32,000 bases of DNA, from positions 3,690,001 through 3,722,000 of the forward strand of contig NZ_LN831024.1 of assembly GCF_001457615.1 (NCBI RefSeq), in the 5' to 3' direction. The DNA is from Pseudomonas aeruginosa (lineage in GTDB: Bacteria; Pseudomonadota; Gammaproteobacteria; Pseudomonadales; Pseudomonadaceae). The position numbers were made by a program, and so were the translations under genes. The notes below the pieces were generated by a model. The model saw only the letters and a program-made list of their open reading frames with translations. It searched no databases and had not been told where the DNA came from. Shown here in pieces: positions 9,625 through 17,914 of the stretch (position 1 is its first letter; every line of letters begins with the position of its first letter).

Positions 9625-10632
9625 TTAATGAATCTTGCTGCCCAGCGTCACCACGCCATCCGCGCGCTCCCGGCCCAGCCAGCTGGTCCAGCCAAGGCGG
9701 CAGGCGTTCTGCGCGCCGATGCGGAACTCACGGATTTCCTCGTGGCGCAAGACCAGCCGGATGTCGTAGTCGAGCGGGTCGCGCAGGGTGAAGCGAACCA
9801 GCGCGCAAAGCGGCTGGTAGCCGGGACCGATCGGCAGGAACTCGTGGAAGCGCTGCCAGTCGAGCTGGCGGATATGAATGCGGAACTTGCCGCTGCGGTC
9901 GCGGACCCGTTCGCCCAGCACCGCGTCTTCGCCAAGCTGGCTGTTGAACAGGCCGAGCCGGTTGCGCTGCTCTTCGAGGATCGCGACGCGCCGTTCGATA
10001 CACTGCTCGGCGACCAGTTCGGCATGCTTGAAGTAGTAGCGCAGCACCGACTCGATCAAGGCCGCCGAGTGCGCCCGCAGGCTGAGCAGGCCCAGGTAGG
10101 GTAGCAGGCGTTTCCAGTTCAGTTCCCTGGCCTTGCGGATCTCTTCCCCGCCCAATCCGACGAGGGCGAACAACTGAGCGGAGAACGCATCGCTCGCGCC
10201 GCTCTGGAAGCTCACCCGGTAGCGGTACTTGCGCCAGATCGGCAACAGCAGCCGATGCAGGCGGTGATGGAAGAGATCGAGGAAGTTCCGCGTAGGATTG
10301 CCCTCCTCGCTGTCGCCCAGGGCCTGCTCGCTGTAGAACGCCGGCAACGGCGAACTGGCACCGAACAAGCCGATCAGGTTGAAACGCAGCCGCGCCCGCA
10401 GCATGCCGCGCTCTTCGAAGAACTCCACCCGATCGACATCGCTGCCCGGGAAACCGAGGCTAGGATTGGCCTGGAATTCCAACTGATCGTAGAGCGCCTC
10501 GTCTCCCAGGCCGGGATGTTCCTGGCGCAGGCGATCCATGACCAGCAGGACCGCCTGGAACAGCGAGTACTCGCGAATGCCCCGGGCCAGCGCGCTTACA
10601 GCAGGGGCTGCAAACCCATGCGCGGTTTCCAT
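9625..10632 (-). CDS. tssG2 (hsiH2): TssG T6SS baseplate protein
   Basis: 335-aa ORF METAHGFAAPAVSALARGIREYSLFQAVLLVMDRL...NPSLGFPGSDVDRVEFFEE..., downstream of and overlapping tssF. Confidence 0.94.
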   Translation of the reverse strand: METAHGFAAPAVSALARGIREYSLFQAVLLVMDRLRQEHPGLGDEALYDQLEFQANPSLGFPGSDVDRVEFFEERGMLRARLRFNLIGLFGASSPLPAFYSEQALGDSEEGNPTRNFLDLFHHRLHRLLLPIWRKYRYRVSFQSGASDAFSAQLFALVGLGGEEIRKARELNWKRLLPYLGLLSLRAHSAALIESVLRYYFKHAELVAEQCIERRVAILEEQRNRLGLFNSQLGEDAVLGERVRDRSGKFRIHIRQLDWQRFHEFLPIGPGYQPLCALVRFTLRDPLDYDIRLVLRHEEIREFRIGAQNACRLGWTSWLGRERADGVVTLGSKIH

Positions 10633-12383
10633 TGGTACACGTCTCCCTGTGTGCTCCTCACCCGCAACTCGTGGTAGGAGTTGATGCTGGCGTAAAGCGC
10701 GAAAAATTCGTTCAGAACCGAAGCGAACACGAACAGGTCGCCCTCGCCGATGTAGCCTTCCGGATCGATCGTCAGCTCGGTACGCAAGCCGCGCAGCGGC
10801 AGGCCCCGATGCAGGCGGTCGACATGCTCGTGGCGGACCGACTTGAGCCCGCCCAGCAGGCGCTTGCTGACCTTCGCCGCATGCTGGTCGTAGTAGCGCG
10901 GCAGGTCGTAGGTTTCGAGGATCACCTTGAGCGCGTCGACGTTGGCCAGCGACAGGTAGTTGAGCGACATGTTGCTGATCAGTTTCCAGAGGAAATCGCG
11001 GTTCAGCGGCGGCGCGTAGCTCGGCGTCGCCGGGGTGATATTGCGGAAACCGAGGAACTCCGGCGTGCCTTCGCAGGCGACGCAGATATCGCCCAGGCGC
11101 AGCCGTTGGGGCAGGTTCTGGTTGGTGCAGGTCAGTTCCACCGACAGCGTCTCGATCTGCTCGGGATGGCGGATGCCGAAGCTCAGGTAGGTGTCCAGGC
11201 CATCGTGCAGCAACGAGGTCCGTTGCCGGACGCTGTAGTGGGGCCGTGCTTCCGGGACGTCGAAGCTGGGATCGTGCTCGAAGGACTCGAACGGTACGTA
11301 GGCCTGGTAGCCGAGCCCGCCCGGCCGCCAGCCGGTGACGCCCTCTACCGAGAACACCCCGCAGTCCTCCAGGCTGTATTCGGCCGGCATCAGCAGGTAT
11401 TCGTCCTGCTTGCCGTCTAGGCGGATCGGCAGCGCATCGTGGCGGAACAGGTTGGCCACCGGCGTACAGTACAGCTTGACGTTCTCCAGCGTCGGGTGCA
11501 GGCGCTGGATGCCGCTCTTGCGGATATCGAAGCGCAACTCGAGGCCGCGGACCTGCTTGAGGGTTTCCTCGGGCAGCGCGCCGAGCAGGTCAAGGCCATC
11601 CACGTCGACGAACAGGAACTTGTCCTGGAACGCGAAGTATTCCTGCAGGTAGCGATAGCCACGGAAGGTATTCAGCGGATAGGGAATCAACGCCTCGTCT
11701 TCGACGAACCCCACCGGCTGCACCCGCTCGCCCGTCAGGCGGAACGACATCGGCTTGCCGGCCACGCCATCCAGCGGCCGCCCATGGGCGTCCAGCGGAA
11801 TCAGCTGGATGCTCTCCAGGTTGCGCAGCAGGCACAGGTAGAGCATCTGGCTGATGTAGCGCTCGCCGGCCAGGTGCAGGCGCAGCCGACTCAGGCCCAG
11901 CTCGCCGAGATGCCCGTCGCAGTTCATCGCCAGGCGCAGGCCGAGCAGCGCACCCTCGCCGGTCACCGAATAGTTGAGCGCCTCCAGCACCAGCGGCAGG
12001 ACCTCGGTGGCGTAGCAGGTACGGAAGCGACAGGCGACCTCGCCCACCGGCCGGCTCTCGACCGGCGTATCGCGCTCCACGCGCAGCGCCCCGCCCGGGC
12101 GGGTCAGGGGGTCGAACTGGAGAATGCTGAAAGCCGGCAGCGGGCGCATATAGTTCGGCCACAGCAGGTGCATCATCGAGTGACTGAGTTCCGGCAACTC
12201 GTCGTCCAGCTTCTGCCGCAACCGCCCGGTCAGGAAGGCAAAGCCCTCGAGCAGGCGCTCGACATCCGGATCGCGTCCGACCTGCCCGAGAAACGGGGCC
12301 AGGGCCGGGCTACGCTCGGCGAAACGGCGCCCCAGCTGGCGCAGTGCGGTGAGTTCGCTCTGGTAGTAATGATTGAAGGACAC
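10596..12383 (-). CDS. tssF2 (hsiG2): TssF T6SS baseplate protein
   Basis: 595-aa ORF MSFNHYYQSELTALRQLGRRFAERSPALAPFLGQVGRDPDVERLLEGFAFLTGRLRQKLDDELPEL..., classical TssF N-terminus. Confidence 0.97.
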   Translation of the reverse strand: MSFNHYYQSELTALRQLGRRFAERSPALAPFLGQVGRDPDVERLLEGFAFLTGRLRQKLDDELPELSHSMMHLLWPNYMRPLPAFSILQFDPLTRPGGALRVERDTPVESRPVGEVACRFRTCYATEVLPLVLEALNYSVTGEGALLGLRLAMNCDGHLGELGLSRLRLHLAGERYISQMLYLCLLRNLESIQLIPLDAHGRPLDGVAGKPMSFRLTGERVQPVGFVEDEALIPYPLNTFRGYRYLQEYFAFQDKFLFVDVDGLDLLGALPEETLKQVRGLELRFDIRKSGIQRLHPTLENVKLYCTPVANLFRHDALPIRLDGKQDEYLLMPAEYSLEDCGVFSVEGVTGWRPGGLGYQAYVPFESFEHDPSFDVPEARPHYSVRQRTSLLHDGLDTYLSFGIRHPEQIETLSVELTCTNQNLPQRLRLGDICVACEGTPEFLGFRNITPATPSYAPPLNRDFLWKLISNMSLNYLSLANVDALKVILETYDLPRYYDQHAAKVSKRLLGGLKSVRHEHVDRLHRGLPLRGLRTELTIDPEGYIGEGDLFVFASVLNEFFALYASINSYHELRVRSTQGDVYQWKPRMGLQPLL

Positions 12384-12386
12384 GGC

Positions 12387-12710
12387 TTACCTGCTGGATA
12401 TCGTTTCACTGATGGCAGTCGTCTGACCGCTGCCGCCAAAACCGCAATGACATTTCTGGCCTGAAGATCGGAAACCCACGGTGTCCGTTGTCTTTCCGTA
12501 ATCGACCCGATTCGCGCCCATCTCAGAAGACCTCATGGACGAACCAGGCATCGAAGCGGTACAGCACCAGGCCGAGGCGTCACCCTGGCGGGCCGCCGCG
12601 AGGCCGTCGAAGAACACGTCGGCGGAACCGACGACGATGGGATTGCTGCCGTGCCCGGGGAGCGGACAAGCGGTGGGATCGGAAACGCGGGCTGCGGGTT
12701 TGCCGGACAT
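12387..12710 (-). CDS. PAAR-like ORF, probably truncated or degenerate
   Basis: 107-aa ORF MSGKPAARVSDPTACPLPGHGSNPIVVGSADVFFDGLAAARQGDASAWCC...: the first ~47 aa are PAAR-like, the remainder is not recognisable. Minus-strand TAAGGAGGTTTCGATG gives a strong RBS overlapping the tssE stop codon. Confidence 0.7.
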   Translation of the reverse strand: MSGKPAARVSDPTACPLPGHGSNPIVVGSADVFFDGLAAARQGDASAWCCTASMPGSSMRSSEMGANRVDYGKTTDTVGFRSSGQKCHCGFGGSGQTTAISETISSR

Positions 12711-12720
12711 CGAAACCTCC

Positions 12721-13128
12721 TTAGCTGACCTTCACCTGGCCGCTGCCATCCAGGCATGCGGAAAAACTCACCTGGCGCTTGAAACCTTCCACCTCCAGCA
12801 ACCCTTCGATGCTGAAGGCCAGGCGGAGCTGGTCGTTGTCGCGTGGCAGGGAAACGACACGCACGTCGCTCAAGCGCGGTTCGTAAGCCTCGATGAAACC
12901 TTCGATGGCCGAGCGGGCCTGGCTCAGGGAGTCGTGCAGGCTCAGGCGCATGTCGTTGAGATCGGGCAACCCGTAGTCGGACAGCGTCTGCACGCTGCCC
13001 GCCCGGGTGCTGAGCATCTTGCCCAGATGGGCAGCCACCGACGCCATGGCGGAAACCTCGCGGCTCCAGCCGACGCGCTTATCCGCGTCGCCGTTCAGGC
13101 GCTCGAACAGGCTGCCGTATCCGGTCAT
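12721..13128 (-). CDS. tssE2 (hsiF2): TssE (gp25-like) T6SS baseplate protein
   Basis: 135-aa ORF MTGYGSLFERLNGDA...SVQTLSDYGLPDLNDMRLS...I..FEPRL-like region; lies between tssC and tssF. Confidence 0.93.
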   Translation of the reverse strand: MTGYGSLFERLNGDADKRVGWSREVSAMASVAAHLGKMLSTRAGSVQTLSDYGLPDLNDMRLSLHDSLSQARSAIEGFIEAYEPRLSDVRVVSLPRDNDQLRLAFSIEGLLEVEGFKRQVSFSACLDGSGQVKVS

Positions 13129-13140
13129 GGAAAGCTCCGC

Positions 13141-14616
13141 TTACTCTTTGTCCAGCTTGCCGACCAGCGACAGGGTGAAGTCCGCCCCCATGTACTTGAA
13201 GTGCGGGCGCACGTTCAGGCTGACGCGGTACCAGCCCGGCTCGCCCTCGACGTCACTGACGATGATCTGTGCAGCGCGCAGCGGGCGACGGCCGCGCACT
13301 TCGGCGCTGGGGTTTTCCTGGTCGGCGACGTACTGGCGGATCCACTTGTTCAGCTCCAGCTCGAGGTCGGTACGCTCCTTCCACGACCCCAGCTGTTCGC
13401 GTTGCAGGACCTTCAGGTAATGGGCCAGGCGGTTGACGATCATCATGTACGGCAACTGGGTGCCGAGCTTGTAGTTCAGCTCCGCGGCCTTGCCTTCGGC
13501 GCTGATGCCGAAGAACTTCGGCTTCTGCACCGAGCTGGCGGAGAAGAACGCGGCGTTGTCGCTGCCCTTGCGCATGGTCAGGGAAATGAAGCCTTCCTCG
13601 GCCAGTTCGTACTCGCGGCGATCGGACACCAGCACCTCGGTGGGGATCTTGGTCTCGATCTCGCCCATGCTCTCGAAGTGGTGCAACGGCAGGTCCTCTA
13701 CCGCACCGCCGCTCTGCGGCCCGATGATGTTCGGGCACCAGCGATACTTGGCGAAGCTGTCGGTCAGCTTGGTGCCGAAGGCATAGGCGGTGTTGCCCCA
13801 CAGGTAATGCTCGTGGCTGTTGGCCACGGTCTCCTTGTAGGCGAACGACTTGACCGGATTCTCTTCCGGATCGTAGGGCGTGCGCAGCAGGAAGCGCGGT
13901 ACGGTCAGCGCCACGTAGCGGGAATCCTCGGACTGGCGGAAGCTCTGCCACTTGGCGAACTGCGGGCCTTCGAAATGATCCTTCAGGTCCTTCAGGTCCG
14001 GCAGGCCGGTGAAGCTTTCCAGGCCGAAGAACTTCGGACCGGCGGCCGCCACGAATGGCGCATGGGCCATGCAGGCCACGCTGGAGACGTATTGCATCAG
14101 CTTGACGTCGGGCGAACTGGGCGACATGTAGTAGTTGGCGATGATGGCGCCGACCGGCTGGCCACCGAACTGGCCGTATTCGGCGGTGTAGATGTGCTTG
14201 TACAGGCCGGACTGCATCACCTCGGGCGAGTCCTCGAAATCGTCCAGCAGGTCCTGCTTGGAAACGCTGAGAATCTCGATCTTGATGTTCTCGCGGAAGT
14301 TGGTGCGGTCGACCAGCAGTTGCAGGCCGCGCCAGGCCGACTCCAGCGCCTGGAAATCGGGATGATGGAGAATCTCGTCCATCTGCGTGCTGAGCTTGGC
14401 GTCGATCTCGGCGATCATCCGGTCGACCATCGCCTTCTTCACCGGCTCGCCGTCGTTCTGCGGCTTGAGCAATTCCTCGATGAAGGCGGAGACGCCGCGC
14501 TTGGCGATGTCGTAGGCCTCGTCGTCCGGGCTCAGGCGGGTCTCGGCGATGATGCTGTCGAGAATGTTGTATTCGCCGTTCTGGTTCCGGCCTTGCTGTG
14601 CGGCACTGGTGCTCAT
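13141..14616 (-). CDS. tssC2 (hsiC2): TssC T6SS sheath large subunit
   Basis: 491-aa ORF with ...LMQYVSSVACMAHAPFVAAAGPKFFGLESFTGLPDLKDLKDHFEGPQFAKWQSFRQSEDSRYVALTVPRFLLRTPY..., highly characteristic. Confidence 0.98.
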   Translation of the reverse strand: MSTSAAQQGRNQNGEYNILDSIIAETRLSPDDEAYDIAKRGVSAFIEELLKPQNDGEPVKKAMVDRMIAEIDAKLSTQMDEILHHPDFQALESAWRGLQLLVDRTNFRENIKIEILSVSKQDLLDDFEDSPEVMQSGLYKHIYTAEYGQFGGQPVGAIIANYYMSPSSPDVKLMQYVSSVACMAHAPFVAAAGPKFFGLESFTGLPDLKDLKDHFEGPQFAKWQSFRQSEDSRYVALTVPRFLLRTPYDPEENPVKSFAYKETVANSHEHYLWGNTAYAFGTKLTDSFAKYRWCPNIIGPQSGGAVEDLPLHHFESMGEIETKIPTEVLVSDRREYELAEEGFISLTMRKGSDNAAFFSASSVQKPKFFGISAEGKAAELNYKLGTQLPYMMIVNRLAHYLKVLQREQLGSWKERTDLELELNKWIRQYVADQENPSAEVRGRRPLRAAQIIVSDVEGEPGWYRVSLNVRPHFKYMGADFTLSLVGKLDKE

Positions 14617-14644
14617 GTATCTGCTTCCTTGGCTAGGGGGTGGC

Positions 14645-15151
14645 TCAGGCGTCCTGGGAGGGGGCGGCGCTCAGCCCCAGCTCGCCCAGCACACGGCTAC
14701 GGGACTCGTCGTCGGCGAGTACGCTTTCGATGGCCTTGCGGAACGCCGGGGCGTTGCCCAGCGGGCCCTTGAGGGCCACCAACGCATCGCGCAACTCCAT
14801 CAGCTTCTTCAGCTCGGGCACCTGCTCGACGATGCTGGCCGGGTTGAAGTCCTTCATCGAGTTGATCTGCAGCCCCACCGCCAGCTCGTCGCTGCCGCCC
14901 TCCTCCTGGAGACGATTGGGTACGCTCAGCGTCAGCCCCAGCTCCTGCTTGGCCAGAACCTCGTCGAAGGTCATCTTGTCGATGCCGATCGGCTTGCGGT
15001 CCTCCACCTTGCGCTCATCCGTGCGCTGGGCGTAATCGCCGATCGCCAGTAGCTTCAACGGCAGTTCGATTTCTTCCTGGGCACCGCCAGTGGCGGGCTT
15101 GAAGGTGACGTTGATGCGTTCCTTTGGGGCTACCGAGCCTTCTTTGGCCAT
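14645..15151 (-). CDS. tssB2 (hsiB2): TssB T6SS sheath small subunit
   Basis: Likely start ATG at 15151 (MAKEGSVAPKERINVTFKPATGGAQEEIELPLKLLAIGDYAQRTDERKVEDRKPIGIDKMTFDEVL...). The track's 191-aa version extends upstream of the real start. Confidence 0.97.
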   Translation of the reverse strand: MAKEGSVAPKERINVTFKPATGGAQEEIELPLKLLAIGDYAQRTDERKVEDRKPIGIDKMTFDEVLAKQELGLTLSVPNRLQEEGGSDELAVGLQINSMKDFNPASIVEQVPELKKLMELRDALVALKGPLGNAPAFRKAIESVLADDESRSRVLGELGLSAAPSQDA

Positions 15152-15186
15152 GGCTTTTTCTCCTTGAGAATTGAGGGCGCGAAGCC

Positions 15187-16743
15187 CTATTCGAGCACCA
15201 CCTCGAGATCGAGGTGGCACAGCCTGCGATAAATGTCTTCCTTGCGTTCTCGCACGGCGTGGTTCTGCGGCAACAGCTCGCAGCAGCTATGCAGCAGGTG
15301 CAGTACATCCAGCGCCAGATCGGGCTCCCAGGCGTGCAATCCCGATTCGTGCAACTGATGGTCGAGGCTCTCCAGCTGGGTCTTGGCCAGCTCGTACTTC
15401 TTCGCCAGGAAGCACAGTCGCGCGAGGCTCAGTTGCCAGAAGAACCGGGCGCGCCCGCCGTGGGCGCGCTTCATGCCCTGCTTCAACACCTGTACCGCCG
15501 CCTTCAGGCCGTCCTTGCGCAACACCGGCTGGACCTCGTTCAGGGCGACGTCCCATTCGGCCTGCAGGGCCACGGTCTCGACCTTGCGCGGCGCACTGTC
15601 GTTCTGGAGATGGGGCATGACATGGGCGCTGATCCAGCCGCGGGTGGCCGCATCGGCGAATGCGCTGCCATCGTGGAAACGCAGCTCCACCAGCCCCGGC
15701 AGACGCTGCAGGAGCAAGGCGAAATGCATTTCGACTTCCCGCATCGCCTGCTCGGCGTTGAGCCCTTGCAGGCACTCCCAGACCAGGCGCTGGCCGTCGA
15801 ACCAGAACGGCGCCCGTGCCAGGCTCGCCTCCAGCTCCACCAGGAGATCGGCGTACAGGCCCTGGGCGAAACGCTCCTGGTAGCTTTTCAGCTTGTCCGC
15901 CGGCACTCCCCTTAGCGCGGTGACCTGTTCGGCATTGCGCTCGGGCATGGACTCGATGGGCAGCCAAAGCATCGTTCGGTTGAGGCGCAGCGCGCGCAGA
16001 TCGGTGGCTTTCTGCTTCAGCCACCAGGCGCACAGGGGGCGTGCGGCCTCCTGCTGGGCGCGCATGGCCTTGTGGGCGTCGCGCTCGTTGTCGATGGGCG
16101 CACCCGGCGCCAGCAACTGGCTGGCCGCCTGCTTGACCTGGGCCACCACGGCGCCGACCACGCCAGGTTCGGGCTGGTTGTCGGCGGCGCGCTGGAGCAT
16201 GCCCGAAAGGCGTCGGCTGATCGGCAGCAACAAGGGCGCGTCGTCGCCCAGTTGCGCGGTCAGCGCGGTATCGAGTTTTTCCAGGTGCTCGGCGAGACGC
16301 CGGAACAGGGGGAGTTGCTCCTTGATCGGTACGTTCTCGTTCAGCGCCTGCTCCAGCCGGGGCACCAGCCAGGCAATGGCCGCGGCGCGAGTGCGCGCCT
16401 TGAGCGGATGGATCTCGACCCAATGCCGGCTGCACAGACGTTCCAGCAATCCCAGTCCGGCCAGCAAACCGGGAAAGGATTCCCGTTGGTAGAGGGCCCA
16501 GGTCAACCAGGCTGCAACACGCAGGTCCTTGGATTGGGCACGAAGCAGCGCTTCGCTGTTTTCCAGGATTTTCAACCAGTCGGTCTGGCCGTTCTCATGG
16601 AGCGAGAGCGCCTTGCCCACCTCATTTTCCAGCGCCTCGTATTCGCTGGAAAAACGCACATCCTCACCCGCAAAGACATCCTTTGAAATCGGCTGTTCCG
16701 CGAGTTCCAGATAATGCGAGGAGAGCTTGCTCGAATAGGTCAT
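15187..16743 (-). CDS. tssA2 (hsiA2): TssA/ImpA family T6SS protein
   Basis: 518-aa ORF MTYSSKLSSHYLELAEQPISKDVFAGEDVRFSSEYEALENEVGKALSLHENGQTDWLKILENSEALLRAQSKDLRVAAWLTWALYQRE..., ImpA_N-like; promoter-proximal gene of the operon. Confidence 0.94.
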   Translation of the reverse strand: MTYSSKLSSHYLELAEQPISKDVFAGEDVRFSSEYEALENEVGKALSLHENGQTDWLKILENSEALLRAQSKDLRVAAWLTWALYQRESFPGLLAGLGLLERLCSRHWVEIHPLKARTRAAAIAWLVPRLEQALNENVPIKEQLPLFRRLAEHLEKLDTALTAQLGDDAPLLLPISRRLSGMLQRAADNQPEPGVVGAVVAQVKQAASQLLAPGAPIDNERDAHKAMRAQQEAARPLCAWWLKQKATDLRALRLNRTMLWLPIESMPERNAEQVTALRGVPADKLKSYQERFAQGLYADLLVELEASLARAPFWFDGQRLVWECLQGLNAEQAMREVEMHFALLLQRLPGLVELRFHDGSAFADAATRGWISAHVMPHLQNDSAPRKVETVALQAEWDVALNEVQPVLRKDGLKAAVQVLKQGMKRAHGGRARFFWQLSLARLCFLAKKYELAKTQLESLDHQLHESGLHAWEPDLALDVLHLLHSCCELLPQNHAVRERKEDIYRRLCHLDLEVVLE

Positions 16744-16914
16744 CCTAACCCTTCAATGCACACCATGTGCGCCAATGAATATCTTAACAATTCAACTAGT
16801 TGGCATAAAAACCGAACGAAAATCCCAATAGTCTGAAGAGCTCTTTGCCTTTTCCATGAAAACAACATAAAAACTGGCAAGCAACAGGACATTCCCTCTT
16901 TGGGAATTTTCCTA

Positions 16915-16936
16915 TTCATTGATACGAATCAATGAA
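16915..16936. promoter_or_regulatory. 22-bp perfect inverted repeat TTCATTGAT-ACGA-ATCAATGAA, candidate operator upstream of tssA
   Basis: Read directly: 9-bp perfectly complementary arms with 4-bp spacer, 172 bp upstream of the tssA start codon. Confidence 0.6.
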
Positions 16937-17026
16937 AGATTTTCAGCCAAACGTCAGGCGTCTGCGTCCATGCCCTTTACGGCTTGGCTATAGCCATCAT
17001 AACGACATTGATGGCCATTTGGAAAA

Positions 17027-17046
17027 CCCTACCAAAACAGGTAGTT
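17027..17046. promoter_or_regulatory. las/rhl-type box ccCT-accaaaacaggt-AGtt
   Basis: Matches NNCT-N12-AGNN with an internal CTACC...GGTAG inverted repeat; upstream of an H2-type T6SS operon whose quorum-sensing control is established in PAO1. Confidence 0.65.
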
Positions 17047-17149
17047 AACAATTTATAAAAAATGAGGCAGGCAGTATGGATTTCTCCGGAGAGCCTCGAA
17101 ACATAGGCCTTCCAAGCGGACCAACAGCTGATTTAGAGCGTAATAGCGA

Positions 17150-17171
17150 TTGTGCAAGAAGTTGCACAATG
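17150..17171. promoter_or_regulatory. 22-bp perfect inverted repeat ATTGTGCAA-GAAG-TTGCACAAT
   Basis: Read directly; 9-bp arms, 4-bp spacer; related elements at 17235-17252 and 17260-17271. Confidence 0.6.
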
Positions 17172-17234
17172 AAAACCAAGAAACATCCCCAATAACAGTC
17201 CACAGCCCTTGAAAATACTGGCCTGAACACTACT

Positions 17235-17252
17235 GCGCAAAAAGTTGCACAA
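17235..17252. promoter_or_regulatory. Second copy of the element: TGCGCAA-AAAG-TTGCACA
   Basis: Same GCAA-N4-TTGC core as the 17150-17171 palindrome, with one arm mismatch. Confidence 0.5.
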
Positions 17253-17914
17253 CACTCCGCAACTTCTTGCTCAATTCACTTGTTATTTTTCTTTTCAGAA
17301 TGAGACATGGATAACAATCAGCCATTGGATGAGATTGATTAAAAGAGCCATGAAAGACTGGCACGGGAATTGTTAGGGAAATTAATCGAGATGGGCGGTC
17401 CCATGGCCACCGGCGAGGAAGTTGCGCCGTGACCGACTGCAGGCGGGACGCACCGCTGCGTTTACCCTGGGCACGCCCGTACCGCACCGGCTGGGCGGAA
17501 ATCGATAGCGACCCGAGCAGTCAGGAAAGCAGGATTCGATGACCGCCGCAGCGCCTATCGCCAAGCCCTCGATGACCAACTTATGCGGTAGGCCGCGTAC
17601 GGCGACGACAGAGAATTGCGCACCGCTTACCCGCTCGACAGTGCTGTGCGCCTACTGGCGAGAAAGCTGCCCGACAGTAGTCGGGTCGGCTAGCGCGGCC
17701 AGTCGGTCGATGCCCTCCTGGGCATCGACCTCAACGGCCAGTAACTGACCCGCCACCAGCGCAGCGCCGGGTACCAACAGCAGCGCCAGGAAAGCGAGCT
17801 ACGAATAATCAGGAAAAACGCGCATCCAGCCCGATGCATAAAAATTTCGCTCTACCCGAAACTCCCGCTCATGACAGAAATCACTGCCTCGCCAACCGCT
17901 GATCGAAGCTCCCC

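Noticed and set aside
16744-16830. Possible sigma54 -24/-12 promoter (TGGCGCACATGGTGTGC on the minus strand)
   Set aside because: GG-to-GC spacing does not match the required 10-nt spacing; not supportable despite the sigma54 activator in the operon.
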